From Coleofasciculus sp. B1-GNL1-01 (GTDB taxonomy: Bacteria > Cyanobacteriota > Cyanobacteriia > Cyanobacteriales > Coleofasciculaceae): a stretch of 64,000 nt of DNA. Numbering within the stretch: the first letter of the stretch is position 1; each line of letters opens with the position of its first letter. Below the pieces are notes generated by a model. The model saw nothing but the letters and a program-made list of their open reading frames with translations, was not told where the DNA came from and did no database searches. Positions 20,147 to 30,130 of this stretch are shown here, in pieces. A program made the translations under genes and the position numbers. Location: assembly GCA_040220235.1 (NCBI GenBank), contig JAVJTO010000108.1; one strand, given 5' to 3'.

Positions 20147-20959
20147 CTAGTCCCATCGGTGTTGTCGAGCTTCATTGACTATCCCTTGAGCCTCTTCGAG
20201 TGAAATATTGTAGCGATCGCTCAAAAGTTGGGGAATGCGATCGCAGTCGCGATTGGGATTCACTTTTGGTTGATGGGAGTAGGAAGGCAGTGCAACATTA
20301 CATAAAAAAGGCTTATGTTGCGCCTGTAGTTGAAGCGGTTCAAGATTCTGAACTTCGCGTGAATTTACAAAAAATAGCAAGGCACCACTGAGGTTAGCAT
20401 CGCTGAGGTTGGCATCGCTGAGTAAGGTACAGTTGAGGTCGGCATCGCTGAGATTAGCATATTTGAGGTTGGCACTACTGAGGTTGGCATATCTGAGGTT
20501 GACACCCCTGAGGTTGGCATATCTGAGGTTGGCACCGCTGAGGTTGGTACCACTGAGATTGGCATTGATAAGGTCAGCACCGCTGAGGTTGGCACTACTG
20601 AGGTCGGTACCACTGAGATTGGCATTGATGAGGTCGGCACCACTGAGGTCGGCACCACTGAGATTGGCATTGATGAGGTCGGCACCACTGAGGTCGGCTG
20701 TTTTTGTATTTCTGTTGGCCCTGCGAAAATTGAGCAACAGGAAGACTCCACCGGCAACCATCACAATCGCCCCCATACCCCTGATGAGGGTTTCACGGTG
20801 TGGGTGAGCAAGGGTCGCGCTCTCGTTGTGGGATAGGCGATCGCCATCCGGCTGAAGTCTACGATCAGAGAGAGACGCAGGAACCGACGCAAGGGCTTGA
20901 CTGCCTAAGACAACTGAGGCGGCAATCATGGATAAGCCTAGTGATTTGAGTTTGAGCAT
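20147..20959 (-). CDS. Pentapeptide repeat protein with signal/TM segments
   Basis: A(D/N)LSG repeats; hydrophobic N-terminus and one TM helix. Confidence 0.9.
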   Translation of the reverse strand: MLKLKSLGLSMIAASVVLGSQALASVPASLSDRRLQPDGDRLSHNESATLAHPHRETLIRGMGAIVMVAGGVFLLLNFRRANRNTKTADLSGADLINANLSGADLSGADLINANLSGTDLSSANLSGADLINANLSGTNLSGANLRYANLRGVNLRYANLSSANLKYANLSDADLNCTLLSDANLSDANLSGALLFFVNSREVQNLEPLQLQAQHKPFLCNVALPSYSHQPKVNPNRDCDRIPQLLSDRYNISLEEAQGIVNEARQHRWD

Positions 20960-21056
20960 TGCCGGAAATTGTTACACTTGTTTATTCAGTCTGCCCTCTC
21001 TACCAGTAAAGAATTTAGCGATCGCTTTGCCTATTACAAAAATTTTTCTTTGCAGC

Positions 21057-22385
21057 TTAAAGCTTACCAAACCTTACCTGTAACCCAGAACGAGGATGTA
21101 AAGTGGGTATGGCATCCATTGTCAGGTTTTGCTTAGGCAGCAATTCCCAACGATAATGACGCAGTAAATGAGCAGCAAAAATCTTCATTTCCATCTGAGC
21201 AAATGCCAGTCCCAAACAAATGCGCGGTCCACCACCAAAACCAACTAAACTAAACTCCTGTTGCTTGTGTTCTGCCCGTTCGGGTGAAAAGCGATCGGGA
21301 TCGAATTGCTCTGGATTGGTATAGACTTCACTATCTTGATGGGTGCCTTGAATCCGATAGAGGGCTTGCCAACCTGCGGGAATGTGGTAGCCTTGATACT
21401 CAAACGACTTCACCACTCCTCGAAATCCACCAGCCACAGGAGGATACAGGCGTTCGACTTCCCGCAATACCTGTTCTAGGTACGGCATTTGCTTCAATTG
21501 CTCGAAGGTGACAGCACCCTCTGTTGTGAATTGCTGCTGTTCTGTCCTCGCTTTGGCTAACACATCTTCATGCTGCGCCAATGCCATAGCCAAAGATGTC
21601 AGCATGGATGTCGTTGTCTCGTGTCCCGCAAATAACAGCAGTAGCGTTTGGGCTTTGAGTTCGTTCATGGAGAGGGCATTTCCCTCCTCATCCCGACTCT
21701 GTACCAGCAACCCCAAGGCATCCTGGGCAGGGGATAGCTGTCGCTTTCGCACCGTTTGTTCGATGTAGTCTAATAACTTATCCCGTGCTGCCAATGCCTT
21801 ACCATAAGTCGAAAAGCGCCAGCGTAAAGGTACGGCAAATAAACCTGATGTCAGTTGCGTAAACCACTGCGATAGTTGTGCCATATTTTCTCCGGGTTTA
21901 CTGCCCACAAGAAGGATACTCGCAATCTCAAATGTCATCTGTTTGAGTTCGGGAAACCAGGTGAACGTACCCAGATGTTCCCATTTTTTGAGATACTCCT
22001 GGATGAGGCTATCCATTGTCTCTAGATAATTTGCCAACGCTTTGCCGTGAAACGCTGGCATTAATAACTTACGATTACGCCTATGTTCCTCCCCTTCTTG
22101 GACAAATAGAGACTCTCCCAACAGTTCCTTGAACGTATCGGGCCACCCCTCGCGCCAGGAGAAGCAATCCATATCGGAAGAGAGGATAAAGCGATTGGCA
22201 TCTGCCCCCACCATAACAACTGTTGGTCGCCCTAAGATGTTAGTCTTGAAAATTGAGCCATACTTGCGTTGCCGTTTAACGGCAAAATCAGGATCAAATA
22301 AAAAACCAAGAGTTTCGCCAATCCAAGGTAGACCAAAACTACCGGGAGGTAAGGGCAAGGTTTTTGGGCTAATAGTTGCACTCAT
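21057..22385 (-). CDS. Cytochrome P450, CYP120-like
   Basis: LPPGSFGLPWIGET, AGHETT, EVER (ExxR), FDPDRF, FGGGPRICLG. Confidence 0.93.
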   Translation of the reverse strand: MSATISPKTLPLPPGSFGLPWIGETLGFLFDPDFAVKRQRKYGSIFKTNILGRPTVVMVGADANRFILSSDMDCFSWREGWPDTFKELLGESLFVQEGEEHRRNRKLLMPAFHGKALANYLETMDSLIQEYLKKWEHLGTFTWFPELKQMTFEIASILLVGSKPGENMAQLSQWFTQLTSGLFAVPLRWRFSTYGKALAARDKLLDYIEQTVRKRQLSPAQDALGLLVQSRDEEGNALSMNELKAQTLLLLFAGHETTTSMLTSLAMALAQHEDVLAKARTEQQQFTTEGAVTFEQLKQMPYLEQVLREVERLYPPVAGGFRGVVKSFEYQGYHIPAGWQALYRIQGTHQDSEVYTNPEQFDPDRFSPERAEHKQQEFSLVGFGGGPRICLGLAFAQMEMKIFAAHLLRHYRWELLPKQNLTMDAIPTLHPRSGLQVRFGKL

Positions 22386-22498
22386 GAGTGTCGGAGGTCG
22401 TGTAGTTAGGGTAGGCTATCTCATTGCTTTATTTTAATTGAAGAGGTTATCCAGTTGTCCTATTGAGCGGTATATTGTACCGCCCGGGGGAACTTCAG

Positions 22499-22624
22499 AT
22501 TAGTAGCGAGCAAGATGCAAAGCCTGCGGCATGGCTTCGCTAAAGCCTTCGGCATGGCTTCGCTAAACGCACGACAAGGATGAGAGCCATTCTTGATATT
22601 AAGGTTTAAAGACTGAACCGCTTA
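22499..22624 (-). mobile_element. Diverged partial copy of MITE family B
   Basis: Reverse-complement similarity to 38251-38378, with an internal duplication of GGCATGGCTTCGCTAAA. Confidence 0.65.
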
Positions 22625-22665
22625 TTCTTCCCCAACTCCCCTGAGCCAGGGGAGGAGGTAGAGTT

Positions 22666-24750
22666 TCACGTTTCGTTGGCAAATGCGATGTAAGCACTAC
22701 CCGCATAAGGGCGCCCTTGAGCATCTGCATTATGCGCCCCGGTGATGACAACTCCATCACTTAGGGCAACGGTATACCCAAACCCGTCTTTGGGTTGCAC
22801 CTCCGGGGAGTATAAGGTTTGTTTTTGCTGCCATGTTCCCTGATTGAGTTGGAAAATGTAGGCGCTTCCAGCATCAGAAGTCCCGACGACAGCCACTTGT
22901 CCCTGAATGGCGACAGAACAGCCGAAGCCATGGCGACGTTGTAAGTCAGTGGGTTGCAGCTTCTGTGTTTGTTGCCACACCCCGTTTTCATGTTGGAAAA
23001 TGTAGGCAGCGCCAGTATCGGGATACCGTTGGGCATCGACACCATAAGCACCGATAATCGCGAATTCGCCACTGAGCGCGATCGCATTCCCAAAATTATC
23101 CCCATATTGTAAGTCAGCAGGTTGCAGTTTCTGTTTTTCTACCCATACCCCATTTTCTAACTGGAAAATATAGGCACTCCCAGCAAATTGACCGCCATCT
23201 GCCTTGGCAAGACGCGCCCCGACGATCGCGGTTTCCCCACTAATCGCCACTGCACCGCCAAATCCATCCCCGCGTTGTAAGTCATCCGGTTGCAGTTTCT
23301 GTTTTTCTACCCACATCCCATTCTCAAGCTGGAAAATATAGGCACTTCCAGCTTCAGGACGACTTTCGGCGTCTACGGTATAAGCACCAACGATCGCGAA
23401 ATTGTCACCCATGGCTACCGCACTCCCGAAGCAGTCATTTGCCTGTAAATCAGCGGGTTGGAGTTTCTGTTTTTCTACCCACACGCCATTTTCCGGTTGG
23501 AAAATATAAGCGCTCCCGGTATTTGGGCGATCGGGAGAATCGGTAAGATAAGCACCCACAATCGCCAGATTTCCCTGAATCGCCACTGCATTGCCAAAGA
23601 CATCTTGATGCCCAAAGTTCGAGGGGTGGAGTTTCTGTTTTTCTGTCCACACACCGTTCGTATGTTGGAAAATATAGGCACTACCCACAGCCGGAGAACC
23701 ATTCACTTGAGCCAAACGCGCCCCAATAATCGCTGTCTCGCCACTCATAGCAATTGCACTGCCAAAGATCCCTTTTTCGGGTAAATCTGGAGGTTGTAGC
23801 TTCTGTTGAGGCTGCCAAGTTGGGCAGGGTATAACTAAAGGCATCCAGGCTTTAACCGACGTGAACCCAGAATTATTCAGATTTTCAATAACTGAATCCG
23901 GAGACGCGCCTTTATAGCCGACAATTGACCAAGCCCCGCGAAATTGCAATTCATCAATCAGACGGCTACCGATCGCGCGACAGGCATCTTTGGCAGCTTG
24001 GGATAGATTGATACTGGCATCATCTTTAAGTGCGATCGCCACAATTTTCCCATCGGGTATCGCTTCAATTTTCCGGGCAAAGGCATCGGCAACAGACGCA
24101 TCGGCCAAGAAGTCAAAGGAACCACTCAACACGGGCTTCCCAGTAGCAGGTTCAAAGACTACCACATTTAACCCGCGCTGATATCCCCCCTTAATTGGGA
24201 TTACATATCCATTCCGGCTAATATGCGTTAAAAAGCCGTACTCTCCGCCCGCCGATGTCGCCGAAATTGCCGCCGTGTTCGCGAAAATGGAGGGGAGCGT
24301 AAAGGAACGAGAACAGGTGACACCATGCTCATCCGATAACGCTTCAGTTGCTGTTCCCGGTGTCGCTCCCTTTTGACCAATCATCGCCCAAGAACTGCGA
24401 AACTGGAGATAATAAACCCAATACGCCCCCAACGCCGCACAAGCATTTTTCGCCCGCTCATCCAGATAGACAGTTCCCTCATCCTTCAGCGCGATCGCCA
24501 CAATTCGACCAACAGGCAGACTCTCCATCCATTCGGTGAAGGCGATCGTACAACTGGGATCACCAAAGGTATCAAAGGTGGCGCTACCCAGCTTTTGACC
24601 CGTTACTTCATGGATAACCGCCACATTCAGTCCGCGATTGTACGGATCAAACCCGAATTCTTCGTCATTGACAGTAATCCGAGCCGAATTTCCCTGGTTA
24701 TAAGCCGCCGACTGGACAGTGATATGGAGATGGGCTTCATTATGGTTCAT
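22666..24750 (-). CDS. Two ILEI/GG-type domains plus FG-GAP beta-propeller
   Basis: RGLNVAV..TFDT..GRIVAIALKD..FRSSWA.IG.KG twice; seven FG.AVA.SG..AIVGA...GSAYIF repeats. Confidence 0.85.
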   Translation of the reverse strand: MNHNEAHLHITVQSAAYNQGNSARITVNDEEFGFDPYNRGLNVAVIHEVTGQKLGSATFDTFGDPSCTIAFTEWMESLPVGRIVAIALKDEGTVYLDERAKNACAALGAYWVYYLQFRSSWAMIGQKGATPGTATEALSDEHGVTCSRSFTLPSIFANTAAISATSAGGEYGFLTHISRNGYVIPIKGGYQRGLNVVVFEPATGKPVLSGSFDFLADASVADAFARKIEAIPDGKIVAIALKDDASINLSQAAKDACRAIGSRLIDELQFRGAWSIVGYKGASPDSVIENLNNSGFTSVKAWMPLVIPCPTWQPQQKLQPPDLPEKGIFGSAIAMSGETAIIGARLAQVNGSPAVGSAYIFQHTNGVWTEKQKLHPSNFGHQDVFGNAVAIQGNLAIVGAYLTDSPDRPNTGSAYIFQPENGVWVEKQKLQPADLQANDCFGSAVAMGDNFAIVGAYTVDAESRPEAGSAYIFQLENGMWVEKQKLQPDDLQRGDGFGGAVAISGETAIVGARLAKADGGQFAGSAYIFQLENGVWVEKQKLQPADLQYGDNFGNAIALSGEFAIIGAYGVDAQRYPDTGAAYIFQHENGVWQQTQKLQPTDLQRRHGFGCSVAIQGQVAVVGTSDAGSAYIFQLNQGTWQQKQTLYSPEVQPKDGFGYTVALSDGVVITGAHNADAQGRPYAGSAYIAFANET

Positions 24751-24845
24751 GCTTTACTTCTTCCTTCACCCGCATCTGAAAAGTTGGTCATTCGTCATTT
24801 GTCATTTGTCATTCGTCATTTGTCAAGTCGGGGCGGGTTTATTTA

Positions 24846-24954
24846 GGGTCTGCTGAATAAGTCTTGTGGTGGGGAGAGGCAATAGGGAATAGGCAATGGG
24901 CAATGGTTTCAACCCTCTGTTGATGTAAAATTCGGCGTTTAGGTCAGCAAGCCC
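24846..24954. mobile_element. MITE family C with 6-bp TSD TATTTA, nested in a REP doublet
   Basis: Ends GGGTCTGCTGA/TCAGCAAGCCC; TATTTA at 24840-24845 and 24955-24960. Confidence 0.75.
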
Positions 24955-25112
24955 TATTTACATCTGGGTGTAACCGAAAAGATAGTCGTGAAACCCGCCC
25001 CTACACAATTTGCCCCATCTCCCCCATCTTCCCCATCTCCCCCATCTTTCCCATCTTTCCCATCTTTCCCTGCTTCCCCTGCTTCCCCTGCTTCCCCTGC
25101 TTCCAGCTACAA

Positions 25113-27701
25113 CTACGCCTTATGCTTCAGTGCCTCCAACACGGTGGGGGGAACTTCTAAATAGGTGTACGAATTGTTACGATCCCTTGACACCAAGAAC
25201 AGCGTATCGCTGTCGGTGGGAATATTAGTCGTTACTCGTACCGTTTCCGAGTCAGCGATAGGGAGCCAGTCCCCACTCGCCGTGAGATATCCCAACTCAG
25301 CTAGGTAATCCTGATCCGCTGACGGAAACGTGAGCAGCACATAATTCTCTGCACCCTGACAATCATATTCCTGGACACAGTGGGAACGATAGCGGTCTGG
25401 ATCTAAGCTGTCGGAGACATCATATAGACGCAACAGTAGCTTTTCTCCCCCTTGGCGCTTTAAGGCTTGAATCTGATTGGGCGCTAATTCCCAGTAAGCA
25501 TAGGCATTTTTGCCACTGTAAGGGACTAAGAAGAGGCGACTGTGAGAGAGATTCGGGGAATGAGACAGCCAGGTTCCTTCACCTTGACCTATGCCTCCTG
25601 GGAGGACATTGCCCGTCCCGAAAATCGGCGTCACCCGCACAGTTTCCGATCGCGTCAACGGTAACCAGTAGCCTTCACGGGTCAAGTAACCCAGTTCCAC
25701 TAAATAATCCCGGTTCTCTGCGGGTAAGGATAACAGTAAATAGTTTTGCTCCCCCTGACATCCGAACTGTTGTAGCATCGGCGGCTGATCCCGCTCTGGA
25801 TTAGGACTATCGGTGACATCATACAGACGCAACATCAGCTTTTCTCCCCCTAAACGCTGGAGGGATTGGGCTTGAGCGGGGGCAATGTCCCAATAGGTAT
25901 AGGCATTTTTGCCGTCATAAGGAACTAAAAAGAGGCGACTGTGAGCGGGGGCTGGCGGGTAATATCCTCCTCCATACCCAGATGGGGAAGGGGGTGCAGT
26001 CATCGCTGCGGTTGTCGTGGCTGGGTAGGGCGATGGCGCCAGCCAAGCTTGTGGGTTTGGAGTGGCGGTGACGGCGGGACTGATGGGAATTGTCGGAGAA
26101 ACCCGCACCTTATTTGAGGTAGCCAAGAGCAGCCATTCTCCGCCTGGGGTGAGATACCCTAACTCCGCTAAATAATCCCGATTCTCTGCGGGTAGCGTCA
26201 ACAGGATATAAGGAGGTTGAGGCTCACAGCTAAACTGCTGGAGGAGATAGGGGGGCTGATGGGGCGAAATCAGGCTGTCGGTGACATCATAAAGCCGTAC
26301 TACCAGATCTTTGCCACCTTGATGCTGGAGATTCTGGATATGGGCGGGGGCTACGTCCCAATAGGCATAAGCGTTTTTGCCATCATAAGGGACTAAATGT
26401 AAACTGCTGTGGGCTGGGGCTGGTGCTGGGGCTGGTGCTGGTGCTGGGGCTGGTGCTGGGGCAGCGACTGGGGTTGGAGGCGGAACAGCCACACCTGCTG
26501 TGTTTGTGGGTTTGCCATTCGTTGCTATTCCCCCAGCTCCCCCAGCAAAAGGACGACGGGCTGAACGATCATCATCATCGCGATTTTTAAGCAGCCAGAC
26601 GAGGAAACCACCAGCTAGAAACGAAAGGGCTATGAGTAACGGCACCCACCAGGGAATCAGTCCGGGTGGCGTGGCTTGGGCATCGACATCAGCCTCATCT
26701 ACCTCGACAGGGGCGGCGGGTTCGGGCGAATCCGGAGAATCCGGTGCCTGGGCTAGCTGGGGTGCGGCGGCGGGTTCTTCGATCGCCTCTTCTGGTTCTG
26801 TGGTGGTTTCGGCAACAGCCTCGTCAACTGCCTGCTCATTAGAGGGATCTAAAGCATAGCCGATAAAGGCTTCTACCGCAGGCGTTGCAGGTTCCTTATA
26901 GACATAAGACAGGGATTGGGAAAAAGGATAGCGTTCATCATCGGGAAAGACTTTATGCATGGGGATGATTGTCACATCCTGACGATCAAACACTTGATCC
27001 GCGATCGCATACCCAATCCCGCCAGCGTTTTTTCCCAGTTCTTCAATTACGGCATCAGTACTATCTCGATCTACCTGGGTGGTATTGGCTCCGGTTCTAA
27101 AGGATGCCGCTTTAAACACATCGTAGCGTTGAAAAGCCTGCCGGGTATCACTATAGTCCGGGCGATCAATTAATTGAATTGGTCCAGGTTCACCCCCAAG
27201 TTCTGACCAATCGGTAATTTCGCCTCGGAATATCCGGGAAAATTGCTCGAAGGTAATATCTATATCCTTGTAAGGACTATTGGGTCCCACTAGAATCGCA
27301 ATCTTTTGCCGACTTAAGGGAATTTGCACTAATCCTTGTGCCTTTTCTACCGCCGTCAATGGGCGTCCGATCGCCGCCAGATCAATCTCTTCATTAACCA
27401 AGGCTTCTAAGGCGGCGGTACTCCCGGCGGCATTGAGTTGAACATCACTATTGGGATACTGTCGCTCAAAGCGCTCTTTTAAGGCTTGATTTACCTTTGC
27501 CATACTGCTAGAACCATCCAGCCGCACTGTTGTCCCACGGGGAACGGACTCCGGTACCTCGAATTCCTCCGGTGAAACCTGAGCCAATACTGGACTCAGC
27601 CGCAGGGAGGTGAATCGGAACTGAGGGCTAACAGTTCCTAGCGTCAAAAATAGCATACCTGAGGCAAGGAATGCCTCTTTAGGTTTGAACATCTGCATCA
27701 T
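25113..27701 (-). CDS. PstS-like substrate-binding domain, TM helix, Pro-rich linker and three DUF4912-like repeats
   Basis: DGSSSM, GSTAAL, IDLAAIGR, ITDWSELGG; TM WWVPLLIALSFL; three L.LVPY..KNAY.YW..LRLYDV..YLAELGY units. Confidence 0.8.
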   Translation of the reverse strand: MMQMFKPKEAFLASGMLFLTLGTVSPQFRFTSLRLSPVLAQVSPEEFEVPESVPRGTTVRLDGSSSMAKVNQALKERFERQYPNSDVQLNAAGSTAALEALVNEEIDLAAIGRPLTAVEKAQGLVQIPLSRQKIAILVGPNSPYKDIDITFEQFSRIFRGEITDWSELGGEPGPIQLIDRPDYSDTRQAFQRYDVFKAASFRTGANTTQVDRDSTDAVIEELGKNAGGIGYAIADQVFDRQDVTIIPMHKVFPDDERYPFSQSLSYVYKEPATPAVEAFIGYALDPSNEQAVDEAVAETTTEPEEAIEEPAAAPQLAQAPDSPDSPEPAAPVEVDEADVDAQATPPGLIPWWVPLLIALSFLAGGFLVWLLKNRDDDDRSARRPFAGGAGGIATNGKPTNTAGVAVPPPTPVAAPAPAPAPAPAPAPAPAHSSLHLVPYDGKNAYAYWDVAPAHIQNLQHQGGKDLVVRLYDVTDSLISPHQPPYLLQQFSCEPQPPYILLTLPAENRDYLAELGYLTPGGEWLLLATSNKVRVSPTIPISPAVTATPNPQAWLAPSPYPATTTAAMTAPPSPSGYGGGYYPPAPAHSRLFLVPYDGKNAYTYWDIAPAQAQSLQRLGGEKLMLRLYDVTDSPNPERDQPPMLQQFGCQGEQNYLLLSLPAENRDYLVELGYLTREGYWLPLTRSETVRVTPIFGTGNVLPGGIGQGEGTWLSHSPNLSHSRLFLVPYSGKNAYAYWELAPNQIQALKRQGGEKLLLRLYDVSDSLDPDRYRSHCVQEYDCQGAENYVLLTFPSADQDYLAELGYLTASGDWLPIADSETVRVTTNIPTDSDTLFLVSRDRNNSYTYLEVPPTVLEALKHKA

Positions 27702-27948
27702 CAGTAACCTGGATTCTCTTTAATAAGTTTTTGAGTTAACGTTTAAGGGAGGCGCAAGCCATGTCAAATGATTTTTGTCAGCTTTATAGAATGTCTGACA
27801 ATGGCAAAAAAATATAATATCTTATTTTGCTTTTTTGATCTAGATAGTTCATGAAAATTCATATTATTGGCGAAGATACCATAACCAATAGATAACGTTT
27901 TAGTTTTGACTTGACTCATACCCCTCTCATCTGCTCGATTTATTTAAC

Positions 27949-28070
27949 TAAGTAGTCGGACAAAAGAAAATAGTACGCTCCGGAGCCAGTTTTATAAATC
28001 ACCCTCAACCCCTTACTGTTAAGAGTCACCTAATCTCAACCGTTCACTTTAATGAAACTCCACCGACTTA
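27949..28070. mobile_element. MITE family A copy
   Basis: TAAGTAGTCGG...CCGACTTA; similar to 8175-8294. Confidence 0.7.
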
Positions 28071-28991
28071 ACTCAGTTCCGAGACATTCTCTAACCAAAC
28101 TCGAAATCCGACGGGTTGCTCATGACTCAGTTGTTCTATGGCGGAATCGGCTAATGTATCTTTATATCCCACAATCGCCCAAGAACTGCGGAATTGTAGA
28201 TGGCGAATCAAGCGACTGCCAATGGATTCACAGGCTTGTTTTGCCCGTTCGGAAAGATTGACAAAAGCATCATCTTTGACGGCAATAGCAATACCGTGTT
28301 CTGGGGAACAATCTTCAATCAGTTGGGCAAAGGCATCAGCATTCTCTGGGTTAGCAAATAAATCAAAGGAACGACTGATTTGTTGAGTTGTATCGTGACG
28401 GTTAAAGACAACAACATTTAATCCCCGTTGATATCCTCCTTCTATCCCTATCTCTTGGTTATTCCAGGTGATTTGGGCAAAATTTCCCTGATTCCCGCCT
28501 GCCGATATTACCCCTAAGCTGGGACGCTTTACAGCATCCGCAGAGACAGGAAGTAAACGAGAACAGACGACATTTGAATAATCCGATAATTCTTCTTGGG
28601 CGATTCCGGGTTGGGCATCTTTTTGACCAATTAGCGCCCAAGAGGTGCGAAATCTCAAACCGTAAACTTGCCGACTGCCCAGGGATTGACAGGCGCGTTT
28701 AGCCCGTTGATTCAGGTTGGCACTCCCATCATCTTTAACCGCGATCGCGACAATTTGACCACTGGGTAATTGTTCCACCAGATCGGCAAATCGGTCGGCG
28801 TTTCCCGGTAAAAAGGTATCAAATGTGGTGCAAACTAACGGTTGTCCTGTTACTTCATCGATAACAGCAACATTCAGTCCGCGATTATAGTGAATAAAGC
28901 CAATTTCTTGGTTGTTCAGGGTGATTAGGGCTGAGTCTCCCATGAATCCACCCGCTGATTGAACTGTTATCGTTACTGTTGAAGAAGTCAT
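28068..28991 (-). CDS. Tandem ILEI/GG-type domain protein
   Basis: Two RGLNV..FD..AVKDD..GS...L.FR.SWA..G.K units; no signal peptide. Confidence 0.85.
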   Translation of the reverse strand: MTSSTVTITVQSAGGFMGDSALITLNNQEIGFIHYNRGLNVAVIDEVTGQPLVCTTFDTFLPGNADRFADLVEQLPSGQIVAIAVKDDGSANLNQRAKRACQSLGSRQVYGLRFRTSWALIGQKDAQPGIAQEELSDYSNVVCSRLLPVSADAVKRPSLGVISAGGNQGNFAQITWNNQEIGIEGGYQRGLNVVVFNRHDTTQQISRSFDLFANPENADAFAQLIEDCSPEHGIAIAVKDDAFVNLSERAKQACESIGSRLIRHLQFRSSWAIVGYKDTLADSAIEQLSHEQPVGFRVWLENVSELS

Positions 28992-29059
28992 TTAAATTAA
29001 TGAGAGTTGATGCAACCGGGATGATGTTTATTTAAAAGCGCTAAAGCGCTTACAACGAA

Positions 29060-30130
29060 CTAATGAACATATTCGCCATAGGCAAACCCCTTTGCTTGTA
29101 TTGTTTCCCCTTGCAGCACCAGAGTCACGTCAACCGTACCCGTCACTTCTTCAATAAAGGTATATTGGCGACTCTGATTATCGGGTACAATTAACTCGCT
29201 AGTGGCATCAAATGCCATGGTTAATGACAATTGATCCTGATCATCTGCCGCTTGCACTTGTAACTGTTGAGGCATACTCACTGTGCGATCGCCAAACAGT
29301 GACGCCATAATTCCAGGCAGACGTAACGGTAAACTGGCAGTGGCAGACCAATCCCAATCAATTTGTAACGTAGACCCCAAAAATACCTTCCGCAAGCGAG
29401 TGCCAGAATAGATAAAAATATAGGGTAAACCACTAATGGAATGGTTTTTATTTGTACGTTTATCTAACACGAGTGTGAACGATCTGCCCTTTTTGTCCGT
29501 AACATAAGCGACAAACCATTCCCAACCAATATCCTCGCCCCAGCGAAACCGACCAAAATTGCGATCGTGATAGCAAAACCAGTCATGATCAATGGCAAAG
29601 GATCGCCCACAAACGGATACGTTTCCCGAAACCTTTAACCCTGGAATTAATCCCCACCCAATAAACCCACTCCCGAATGGCGCATCCTCGGTTACTAATA
29701 GGGGCATGGCTTCAGCTTGTCCTTGAACGTTGAGGGAAAGCTGCGCCCTCTCGTCGTGAACTTGAACCGATGAGTTCATGCCATTAATTTCCAGATTTAT
29801 CCCCTTCCCTTGCAGACGTAAGGGGTGACGACATACCATGTCAGGTTGCCAGTCTAGGCTAAAAGTTGTACCAAAAGTTGCCACTGCGGGAGAGGATTCC
29901 AGTTCTGGGGTAATTTGGGTGGAGGGCAAGTTGACAATAAAGCTAACTTGCATCTGCCCCTGTTCCGGTCTGCCGATGAGAGTCGCGTTGACGAGTAGGC
30001 GGATTCCTGTTTTCAGATCCAGCCAAATAAAGTGATACCAATCCTTCCAATCCAGAGGTAAGGCGGGATCTTCGAGGGGAATGCGTAAAGCTTCGACACG
30101 GTTAAGGAGAACTTGTTCGTTGACATTCAT
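29060..30130 (-). CDS. AttH/CrtC/tocopherol-cyclase-like fold protein (putative)
   Basis: WKDWYHF near the N-terminus, YHDRNFG and GWEW motifs, beta-rich, C-terminal GFAYGE. Confidence 0.55.
   Translation of the reverse strand: MNVNEQVLLNRVEALRIPLEDPALPLDWKDWYHFIWLDLKTGIRLLVNATLIGRPEQGQMQVSFIVNLPSTQITPELESSPAVATFGTTFSLDWQPDMVCRHPLRLQGKGINLEINGMNSSVQVHDERAQLSLNVQGQAEAMPLLVTEDAPFGSGFIGWGLIPGLKVSGNVSVCGRSFAIDHDWFCYHDRNFGRFRWGEDIGWEWFVAYVTDKKGRSFTLVLDKRTNKNHSISGLPYIFIYSGTRLRKVFLGSTLQIDWDWSATASLPLRLPGIMASLFGDRTVSMPQQLQVQAADDQDQLSLTMAFDATSELIVPDNQSRQYTFIEEVTGTVDVTLVLQGETIQAKGFAYGEYVH

Noticed and set aside
20200..20807. Alternative-frame ORFs over the pentapeptide gene, and similar shadow ORFs over glgB, the haemagglutinin and FG-GAP genes
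   Set aside because: By-products of repetitive or biased coding sequence in other frames, with no independent motifs.
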